Assembly (NCBI RefSeq): GCF_947568905.1
Contig: NC_079168.1
Location: forward strand, 73,718,001 to 73,782,000
Source: Ostrea edulis
Taxonomy: Eukaryota
Direction: 5' to 3'
DNA length: 64,000 bases
The position numbers and the translations under genes are program-made. Shown here piece by piece: positions 13,001 through 25,000 of the stretch (position 1 is the stretch's first letter; every line of letters starts with the position of its first letter). A model generated the notes under the pieces. That model did not search any database and had not been told where the DNA came from. It saw only the letters and a list, made by a program, of their open reading frames with translations.

Positions 13001-16000
13001 ATACTGAACTCAAATAGTATATCAAAAGCATGCTCTACACGATTTTAATATAACTAGTGTACAAATGGTTTTGTCAGGTTGAAGCAGGAGAGGAGGTGTT
13101 CTTGATTAAGGATGGTTCCAGTAAAACCTCACTAGTGATCACCAACAAATATGGCATAGAGGTTGGATACTTGAAATCTGATGTCGCCACTGTTCTCTCA
13201 CCGTTAAGGGACAGGAAAGTCATAGGAATTGAGGGGTTAGAACTTACAATATGAACTTCCATTATTCACGTGTTACATTTATTTCTACTCACATTGATTT
13301 CTCAAAACTACTGGCGTTTCAGTAATTTAATCTTGGCCACTAAAAGCAATTTCGTTGGTACATAAATTCACGGTTTTTTTTTCTAAATAAAAACTATTTT
13401 TCTTCTCTAGATTTCAATTTGTAGTTTTCTTCATCATGCGAAAACATTTTAAAATTTTTAAATGTTGAACATATACATGAAATGATTAAAGAGTATCAAA
13501 TCAATGTTAAGCATATCATAAAGACAGTTTTATTAATACTTTTTCTAATGACACTTTTATTAAAATATCTTCTCCACATTTGTCTGTCTTTTTAAATGAA
13601 ACACAGGACTGCTGTACATGGCAGTAAGAATGCCCTGCTTAACAGCATTGGTGTTGATCTAAACATATTTGGAAAGGAGGACCATAAAATATCTACTTTG
13701 AAAAAAATAATCGACATCGGGGTGCCAGTAAAAGTTGACATTGGTCCATCAGATTCAAAAGAAGAAATCTCGAAAATCCTTGGCTGCGAGGAAAAATCAG
13801 ATGTGTATTTTGACGAAAACCATTTCTTAAACATGAAGGAGGTAATTCATTGTATGTTTGCGTATAAGGTCAGCATTCAATACCAACTTATTATGCGTCT
13901 GAATTATCTCGATTTCGTTATTTGAAATATACTGAGGATGCATCTAAATGTTTCGCTTAACCAACGCTTATCATGAAATGCTAGCAAAATTTGAAATTCA
14001 TCAGAAGCTAAACGCTTGAAAAGAAGTATCGCTGTTTTCTATTGTAACTGACTCAAATCACGGGCTTCCGGTGAAACGGAAGGATATATTCAGAGATATT
14101 CCTGTCTCAGAGATCTTATAGATTAAATGAATGTAACTGTATGTCAGTAATAACGTGAATTAAAACTTACACACTGATAACGATACAATTTTCTTGACTC
14201 CAAAAAGTCCAATCCTGTTCCACCGTTTCATCAACATTGTCTTCATTAGAGAATTGAAATCTGGGCGAGTTTTAAAAATACGGATGACTCTAAAAGCTTT
14301 AAGGAGGAATGCAACACAAGATATTTGATATGGATGAAAAGTGAAGGATATTTGTAACAATATTTTGAAATTGAAAACTTTCAAATTTACTTTATTCAGT
14401 CAACAATTGGAGGTTTATTAGAAAGCAAAAAAAAAAAAAATAAAAATTAAAATAATAATAATAATAATAATAAATTAAAACCCCTGCTGGACTCGAAACC
14501 GCGATTTACTGTTCAGTTACTTGAAATGAAGTCAAATATTGCTGACATTTCTTGTTATATTTTCATCCATGTCTTAAAAGGGAGTCAGCCATTATGGCGA
14601 TGTGGAGTATCTCCTTAAGCCAAGTTTGGCGAATTTAAAACGAGAAGGAAGTGGATTTTACAACATTTATGAGAAGATAACACTGGGTGAAAATGGTGAT
14701 GGTATTAGTGCAGTGTACATGTCAAGTATGATTTGTAAATGAAACTAATGGACACATCATGTGATTGGAAATTCCTTCATACTCATGACTGATAGACGTC
14801 AGCTATCTTTTTCCGCACAGGAAAATCATGCCTCATTGACATCAAAATAGTTTACATTCATTTAAGGAGGCATACTACATCGTAGCACTGGCTGACTTCC
14901 TTTTTCTCTAAAGTTTCATCGCCTAGCTGTATAGCTCAGTCGGTTAAAGTGTCGGTTGTTGATCTGTAGATCGTGTTTTTATATTTACTAAAATTGCACT
15001 TTTTAAAATAAAAATGAATTAGTTTTGATAAATGGAAATGTTTAATGGTGTGAGACTGTAAGTAACTTTATGCTCTGCTAAATTTTATTTCCAGATTGCC
15101 ACTTATAATTTTTTATGTGTTTAATATTTTGATGTATAAATCTCCAAGATACTTACAGAAATAATTCACCAATAATTGGCATCCATCAGTTTTCCTAAGC
15201 TTCTAAAATTTGCAAATAGGGATGTTGACATTGCACTTGCACCTTTAAGGAGAAGTATACCTCCACAAATTGCATTTGGTATCTTCATGATGACGTGTCC
15301 ATATGAGTGAAAGATTCTCGAGAGGGACAATGTACAATCAATCAAATAAAATATTGTGTTAAAATCATACGTCACAGTCCCTTCCAATTACATATGTTGA
15401 AGACATTTTGTAGAAATATGCATGCATCTATTATTATACACCACACGATGTTGCGTAGGGTATAATGTTTTTGATCGGTCCGTCCGTCAGCCCATTTCTT
15501 GTTAGTGCAACTCTTCTGAGACCGCTAAACAGAATTTTATGAAACTTTGTAGTTATTAAGGACACACTGTGTAGATGTGCATATTCCCAGGAAAATCTGA
15601 TTCAATAATTTTTATGGGAGTTATGTCCCTTTTGAGCTTAGAATTTCTAGCCCATCTGTCCTGTTCTTGCAGTAATGCATATCAATTACCGTTCATTATG
15701 TGACGCGTTGCCAAGCAATGTTGGAGCGTAGGGTATGTGAGCTTGCTCACACTTGCTTTCTTTCATTTATACATTTACATATATATACATGAGGGGAAAG
15801 GTATTTCTGATTTTTACAGATGTATTGTGTTTCATACATTTATCTTTAACAATATACAGGAAGCAGACACAGTCAACACAATATTTGAAAATTTGACAGA
15901 AGACGATAAACAGACGCCGGCAGAGCCATCAAAGGTTTGAGAAATTACTATTTCACGATTCAGTCAGTTTCATTTCCGAGACATTACTTTGATGAAAAAC

Positions 16001-19000
16001 TTTCCGGTCACATATTTTTCATGTTCTAGTTACTAGTCGTTTTAGATAAAACCTTTTCTTCATTTTAAACCTATGAAGTAACTTTATATGACTGTAAAAT
16101 CCAGAAAGGTGCGAATCATAATGAGAAATGCAAGTAAAATGGTGACGTTTCACGCGATATTTACTGTATATTTTAAGAACATTGCGGTTTCAACACAAAG
16201 TAAACCAAACACAAGTAGTCGATCCTGTAAAAGGTCTGACTGCAATATGAATCTTAAAATACAAGCCCAGAAATATTTATCAAACCTATCTACAGAGTAA
16301 GTGTTGCAGACAAGTGGTAATTCTGATTCTCTTACGTCATAAAAGTTAATAGATCATACCTTTTGGTAATCACGTGGTACTACTTTTCTGTTATATATGT
16401 GTGTGTTTTTTTCATCAGGAAATTATAACACCACTGCATGTACATCAGAAACAAGCCCTTCACTGGATGATGATGAAAGAGAAAGGAGACCAACTGCCAC
16501 CTTTCTGGGAGTTGAAAGCTGATGTTTACCATAATAACATCACATATCAGAAACAGACTACAAAACCTCGCAGCATCAAAGGAGGTGAGAAATTTACAAT
16601 AGCAGGACCAATATTAACTAACGTTATTTTTTGGGTATTATTAATTACTGAAATGTTAGAAAACATGTGTCGTCTCTATACGAGTGATCGAATAGAATGT
16701 AAAACAACACACAAACATACATATAGAAAACATCTTGACTTTTAGATACCTGTCGATAGAAAACATTGACTTGCATGGATACCTGTCGATAGAAAACATA
16801 TTGACTTGCATGGCTACCTGTCGATAGAAAACATATTGACTTGTATGGATACCTGTCGATAGAAAACATATTGACTTGTATGGATACCTGTCGATAGAAA
16901 ACATACTGACTTGCATGGCTACCTGTCGATAGAAAACATTGACTTGTATGGATACCGGTCGATAGAAAACATATTGACTTGCATGGCTACCTGTCGATAG
17001 AAAACATATTGACTTGTATGGATACCTGTCGATAGAAAACATTGACTTGCATGGATACCTGTCGATAGAAAACATATTGACTTGTATGGATACCTGTCGA
17101 TAGAAAACATTGACTTGTATGGATACTTATCGATAGAAAACATTGATATGTATGGATACCGGTCGATAGAAAACACGTTGACTTGTATGGATACCGGTCG
17201 ATAGAAAACATATTGGCTTGTATAGGTACCGGTCGATACAAAACATATTGACTTGCATGGATACCGGTTGCGGTAGCCAAGAGGTTAAGACGTTCGCTCT
17301 GCAACCGGAAGGCTTGGATTTGATTCTCAATATCGCTGCTGCGTCAAACCTAAGACGTTTATCATGATATGGGGCTCATGGTGGGTGTGACTGGTCGGGG
17401 GATGCTTACTCCTCCTAGACACCTGATCCCACCTCTGGTATATCCAGGGGTCCGTGTTTGCCCAGCTCTCAATTTTGTATTGCTTATAGGAGTTATGATT
17501 GATCACTGTTCGTTATCTTATCCTTTCACATAGGAACATGTAGTGATTGTTCCTTTGCCAAGTGCTTGGCAACAGAAGTGATAGTCTTTCGGAAATTAAA
17601 ATGGAGGTCCCGTTTCTCGGTAGGCTTTGACATGATAAATAACCCTTACTTATAGGTCAGATGTTGTGGTACTTCGTCTGAAGCTAATGGCGTCTCTACA
17701 TGAGTGAGAAATACTTCTCGAGGCGTGATACGTTATACAGACACATGGGACTTGTATAGATTATTTTGTAGTTATACATTGAGGAAGATAAGCAATCGAG
17801 CCAAGGGTTGCTTATGAGTTAATTCTATTTGCAATGAAGACATCGGTTTTTAACAAATGTCTATTTCAAGACAATATTCATTATGAATGATAACATAATC
17901 AATATCTGAAAGGGCAAGTGTAAGAAGCTATGTATAAATGATCTTTTACAGGAATTCTTGCTGATGAGATGGGATTGGGGAAAACACTCACAGTAATTTC
18001 CCTAATTGTGACGAATCCAAAGAAATCCACCCACCCTCTCGATAAAGTCAGTGAGTCGAGGAAAAACGGGAAGGAAGACATTGAAGCGGTGGAACAAAAA
18101 GATGAGCATCAGCACTCTGACACGGAGAGGCAAACACAATATACGAATGCATCCAGCGATACAGAGGAACCGTCGGAGGAGGAAGATGTTCAGTCTGACC
18201 ACGAGGTGCGTGCTCAAGATGAAGTCACAGACTGTAAATCGGAGGAGCATAGTGAAGGTGGTGATGTTTGTTCTGAATCTGAAGATCAGGGTAAAAATAG
18301 TAATTTTTGCTCTGCATCAAAGGAGCAGGATAAAAATAGTGATCTTAATTCTAACCTGGATGAGTTGTCGAACGATACAGATGTATTCTCTGATACTGGA
18401 AAAAGAAAGAGAAATGAAGAAGTATCTCCGAATACCGAAGATGTGACAGATGATGATCATTCATCTCTTCAGAATGATGAGTCATCTGTTTTAGAACCAG
18501 TAAAATCCCAGGAAAAAGCAAAGGTAAACTATAATTATAGGTACCAGGTTAATTGTTTTTTTTTCGATCAGAGTTACAACCCAGTTCTATCACTTTTATT
18601 TCATTACAACCCATATTCATAATACACTCTTAGTTGAAAATCAACACTTGTGAGTACTGAGTAGACAGTAAGTTTTGAGAGTTTTCAATAAAAAACCAGT
18701 TCATGTAACTGTTGGTTTAGCACAGTGCAGGTTGTATATTTTTGTGTTTATATAAACGTTGTTAGTTTTTTTTTTTTTTTTTTTTTTACAATAAATGCTA
18801 TGATTTCAGTACACACATCAAACAGGAGATTTAGAAGAAGTGGAGATGAAAGGTATCCTTTTCAAATATATAAAGCATCGAGTAAAATGAATTAATTTGG
18901 AAAACTAATTTTGGTATACAACAGTTTATTCTTCTGTCAGCCACCAATGATGCAGAGAAATTACTGAAGAGAAAAAAGAGAAAGAAAAGGAAGAAATCTT

Positions 19001-22000
19001 CAAAAACTACACTTATTGTAGCACCCCTGTCTGTCATCAATGTATGGCAGGTAAGAAACTTTTATCTGGAAAAGCGCTTCAGCGGATCGTAAAATATTCT
19101 GTTAGAATATCATATGTGATGTAACAGATGTACTTTATATATTGTCATATACAGTGTACTTTCCCTGTTGTCTTCAGAGAGCCAGAAAAATTACTGAATG
19201 CATTTGATGTCTAGGATTTCTTTATTGAGTATTATATATTTTTGCAGACCCAAATTACTCAGCATGTTGATCCGATGCATCCACTGAGAGTGTCCACTTT
19301 CCATGGCAGGAACAGATCAGAGGTGTCTGTTCTCACCGAAAATGATATTGTTATTACATCGTACGACACACTGAGGATAGATGCTAAGGTATGTAAAATC
19401 GATATTCTTTGATTATTCTCATCTCTGATTTATCCAGGGGGTTCGTATTCGCACAACTCTTAATTTTGTATTCCTTATAAGAGTTATGAGATTGATCACT
19501 GTTAGTTATCATCACCTTTTCATTAGATAGAAAAAAGTTATGAAAACTTCAAATAACATTCTTACATGTAGGGACTGAATGTTTTGTCTTCATATTTAGA
19601 TATCAATACATTACAGTCATGCTTTATTGGCACATGCGCACATTGTAGAGCTGATTGATACATTTACTGCTTAATAGCACATATGCACACTTTGTGCGAA
19701 TTGAACTGGGCACGCAATTAAGAAATATCGATTAAAATGACCCCCTTTCGGATATACATGCATCACTTAATGCGAGAAAATTCTTTGAAATATTTAAGCT
19801 GAAAGCTTTAAGCTAAAATATAACGTCTATAATATAATTCACCAATGGCGTAGCGGTGACCTAGTGATGATGACGCTTGCTTCACAACTGGGAAGAACCT
19901 GGGTTCGTAATCTAATCATCACTGGGTCAGACCCATATCCACATCAGCCCTGTATTTTAATCACCATCCATTAGAATTAATGGCATAATATATATCGTCA
20001 TCTTATCAACTTAACTTTAGGGACCTGGATTAGTACAGGTCCTCAGTACCCCTTGCTTTTCGTAGAAGGCGACTAAATGAGGCGGTCCTTCAGATAAGAC
20101 CTCAAAAACGAGACTCCATGCCACAACAGGTGTGGCACGATAAAAATCCCCCCCCCCTGCTCAAAAACTGGAATCGCCAGCAATGGTGAACGGTAATAGC
20201 TTAATAAAAGTGAAAAACAATTCTCGAGAGGGTCGTTCAACAATATATAATCAACCAATCACATAGCCGCAATCAATTAAATCAACTTTAGTAGTAAATA
20301 GACACATACACCCCGCCAATATATATAATTTTGTTCTTGGTATGTATCTTTTAATGTGTTTAGTTATATTCGTTATACGTACATGCTGTCAATTACGTAA
20401 TATTTGATGTGTATCAAACAATTATGTTTCACTCGACAGACGCAACGCACTCTACAACAGGTGAAATGGTTCCGAGTAGTACTGGACGAAGGGCACAAAA
20501 TAAAGAATCCTTCCTCTAAACAAACTCAGGCTATCAACAGCCTCCACTCAGAAAGAAGATGGATTTTAACAGGTAATTGACATAATGTCACGGTGATTGG
20601 ATATACATAATTGGTATCAATTTTTAATCCGAATATGGAATCGATTATCATCTTTGAAGGTTAAAATCGTCTGCAATACCGTGTAGATACTTTTTTCTAA
20701 ATGTTCAAGTCCCGTGGGGATCCGGGTTAGAATAGGTCCTCAGTATCCCCTTGCTTGTCGTAAGAGGCGACTGAATGGGGCGGTCCCTGCTCAATGGCCA
20801 TAAGTGCCGAGCATAGGCTTAAATTTTGCAGCCCTTCACCGGCAGTGGTGACGTCTCCATATGAGTGAAATATTCTTGAGAGGGACATTAAACAATAATT
20901 AATCAATTAATCAATCTAAATGTTCAAAAACATAACTGTAAATGCGCCTTTCCTGCAGCAGTGCAGTTCCAGTAGCATATTTGTATTTCCCCATGTATTA
21001 GCACAGTTAACAAGAATATAAGTCATGTCTTTTTTCCTGTATGAGTTACTTCTCAAAAGAAGTTTTTTATTATCGTAATTTCAAAAGATTTCCCCCATTT
21101 TTTTTTTATATTCTCTACCTTCCCACTTTCCTTCGTATATATCAGTACAATCCTAATGTGGATAATGAAATAACAGAATTAAAATTGAAATCTTGTAGGT
21201 ACCCCCATTCAGAACAAGATTGAGGAGTTATGGTCTCTCACATCATTTCTCAAAATCGACACCTTTACTGATATCAATCAGTGGAAGAAAATTATAGTGG
21301 ATCCTCTTGTGTATGGGGACGGGGATGCCAAGACGTATGTTTCATTTTGGACATCATTGTCAATGATAAATGAAATATTATGATGTTCGTTTCTTCTTAA
21401 TCTTGGTTTTGTTTACCTTAAAAATCCATAATGAAATAAAAAGCACTTAAGTTAATATCCTCGATTTTCTAGGATATTGAAATATATTCATAAAAATGAA
21501 AAGATGGCAATCTGCTGTATAGTTAATGTTTTTTAGTTTCATTATAATTAATCATGACTTGGATGACATTTGTACCTATAAAATATTTTGTATACCGGTA
21601 TTTTGATTGTCATAAGTGAATCGGTCAATGTTTTTTCCTGATCAAGATATAGGGCTCACGTCGGGTGTGACAGGTCGATAGCGGAGATGCTTACTCCACC
21701 TAGGCACCTGATCTCACCTCTGGTGTGTCCAGGGGTCCGTGTTTGCCCAACTTTCTATTTTGTATTGCTTATAGGAGTTATGAGATTGATCAGTGTTTGT
21801 TATCTTCACCTTTCATTTAGGCGCGTGTTTCATCTGGTGAACTTTATTGCACTGAGAAGAACAAAAACGTCCACTATAAACGGAGAGAAAATCATATCCT
21901 TACCTACGAAAAGGATATATGAAAGAGTGTTAGTGTTTTCTGATAAGGAACGGGAGATTTACGGAGAATTTGACAGAGGTTGCAAACAACTCATTCGTCG

Positions 22001-25000
22001 GTAATAATTACTATGTCCATCTCTTTTCTTAAAAAGCACATAGTACCTGATATTAAGTCGCCATAAATTAGATATTCAATAATTGAATATTATAAATGCA
22101 CATTGTATTTGGCTTCTTTTTTCCGATTTTGCTAGACTCATTGATGAGAGGAGACACCTCCAGGAAATTGGAATATTTTATGCAGCTTTAGTACGATTAC
22201 GACAGCTATGCTGTCACCCAGAAATTATTCCCCGCAAAGCCAAAGGTGTGTATAACCTAATCGCTTTTTATAAATATAAAAAATTCAAAATAATAAAAAA
22301 ACCAACCTCATTATTTTGCTTCACTTTGATTTAAGTAAGTACATCATGGGAAAGGGGAGATGTTTTCAATATATACATTTGACATAGGCTTGTTTCATTT
22401 TAAAACGCGGAAAATAATTCCTTTTGCTTGAACATTTATCATTAATGTTAGGTCGGTCATGACCTGGCATCGTGTTCAGAAGTAATCATCAAAGTCATTG
22501 GTGTTAGATTAAGTTGGAGAAGACGAAACACGAGTTAATGAACCTCAAATAAGTCGGATGTTTCATAAAGCAAGCTATTTCTAGGAAAGTGGTGTTAGCG
22601 GGGAGAATATTTACAATGGATATTAGAGATTATGCGGTAGTAAAAAATGAATAAAGCAAATAAGATAACAATGAAATGTAATGAAAATGAAAACAAAAAC
22701 TACATATACATAATACTATAGAATAAAAATGTCACCGCTAAACCTCTAGCTGACTGAAGTAGTCTTGACGAAATATAGGATGTAAACACGAGACCAACCA
22801 GACTGCAACTATTTAAGCCTTGGTTTATTTATTTCCTAAAGATATTTGCAACACTTCCATAAAGCTGTATTGACGTGATGGCATGTCTTGTTTATATTTA
22901 ATTTGAATTTTAGTTGGCAAAGTTAAGTTGGCTAGGTCTCTCACAGACTTTGACTCCACACAATCATCGGTGGAGAAGCTAGCGTCCTTACTACGACTAT
23001 CTGAAAATGACTGCTGTAGTATTTGTTTAGAAGAAATCTGTGTTAAAGAAGGCATGAAGGCACCTGTTATAACGGACTGCGATCATGTTTTCTGCAAAGT
23101 ATGTATTCTTGAGGTGATTCAACAGCATGGGGCTTGTCCGAACTGTCGTGGGGGACTGACAATGAACTCGATAACGGAATGCCCTCCTGAGCAACTCGCT
23201 CTTCGATTAGGAAGGCCTGAATTAGATAAATCGGTGTTCAGTACAAAGGTATGCTATATTTTATTCACAATTAATGTAGAAATGATCGAGCTGTATAAAT
23301 CGCAACAAAAATATTATCTGATAATTTTTTAAGAATTATGAGAATCGTTTCATTTTATTCAGACAACAGCATTGATGAATGATCTACTGCATTTAAGAGA
23401 GAATTGCCCGGATGTTAAGAGTGTAATTGTTTCGGAATTCACTACTCTTTTGGATGTGATTGAGGAACCATTAAAGTGAGTACGATATCGACAGCTTTTC
23501 TCGTAGCGTTTTCTTGCTCATAAAATATTCTTTTGATTTATTGTATATTGTTTAACGTACCTCTCACGAATCTTTCACTCATGAATATGGAAACGTCACC
23601 ATTCCCGGTGAAGGGCTTCAAAATTTGGGCCTATGCTCGGCGCTTACAGCAATTGAGCAGTGAGAAATCTTTATCATGCCACACCTGCTGTAACACGTGG
23701 CCTCGGTTTTTGCGGTCTCATCCGAAGGACAGCCCCATTTAGTCGTCTCTTACGACAAGACGAGTGTGGCAAGAGAAAATCAGAAATATGACTACAAACA
23801 GAAATTTTACAGATAATTTTGTAACGATAATCATGCGTTCAGTAGTCTTATTTTGTTTGGCTATGAATTTTGAATTTTCGTACACTGTAACTTTTTAATT
23901 TGTTTCATTGTAAGATCTGGAAACACTGAGTATTCAAACTTATTTTAATCATTTCTCTTTCAGAGAACGCTAAATGATTAACAATTGAACAAACTTCTTT
24001 AACTATCATCACGCTGCATTGTTGCCCAGCAATATGTCAATATGTATAATGTAATGAAACAATTAATTAATTTTTGTGTTACAAGGTATTGGATTCAACC
24101 ATTGAACTATGTTTTTACATTATGACTATTATTTAATAAGATAGAAACTTCAGGTGATGTCAACCAAAACTGTGTGCTGTAATACCGATTCAAAATTGAA
24201 ATTAACATCGAATAATTTTTACTATTTACCAAATTCAGGCTATTCCAATTGGGTTTAATTTTGAAATATTGTTGACTGTATGTACACAATGTTCTGTTTT
24301 GAGTGCCCTCGTGAAAATGCCTTTTGAACCACCGACAGACAATGCGTTTTATGAAATGTAACTCAAAATTTATCCTCAGGGACTACATTATTTATTTTAC
24401 TTTTACCTACACCATTCCATGAATATATTCATTTCCGTTTTATTTCCGTATCCTTTCAAAACATACAATGAAGTTCGGAAGAATATTTTCGTGGGATTCC
24501 GGGTTAGAATAGGTCCGTATCTTAGTTACTCATCCATAAAACATAACGCCACTTGACGTTCTTTTGTTTTTTACGGCCAAGTCGAAAATTCTTGTACTCA
24601 TATTGGTACGTCGCCATCTGTACGTGAATTGCCCAATTTACTACGCATGGTGGTCAAGGATGTAAGATCTTTAATATTGTGCCAACATCTACTTTTAAGG
24701 TCAAATCAGAATGGCCGGTTATTTTCGCTTTCAATGCTATCGACTTCAAATCATCTTCAGTTTGTTGTGCCTGCTAGAATCCAAATTTCATGCAAACCAG
24801 GACCCTTTTTTTGTTTTACGATCTTTCAAGAATTGTTTTACTCATATTGAGGCATCACCATCTGTAGGTGAAGTAGTACAAATTTAGACATATGCCTTAC
24901 TTTCAGGACCGTAACAGTGAGGGTTCTTTAACGTGCTAACGCTTGCTGCGAAGCGTTTGAAAGTGTTAAGGCGTATATTCTAGACCACAGTGACTATAGT

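Noticed and set aside
16645-17330. Several overlapping minus-strand ORFs with repeated peptides
   Set aside because: They are translations of the 30-32-bp minisatellite.
18002-18446. Overlapping alternative-frame and antisense ORFs
   Set aside because: They are shadows of the low-complexity HLTF exon 10.
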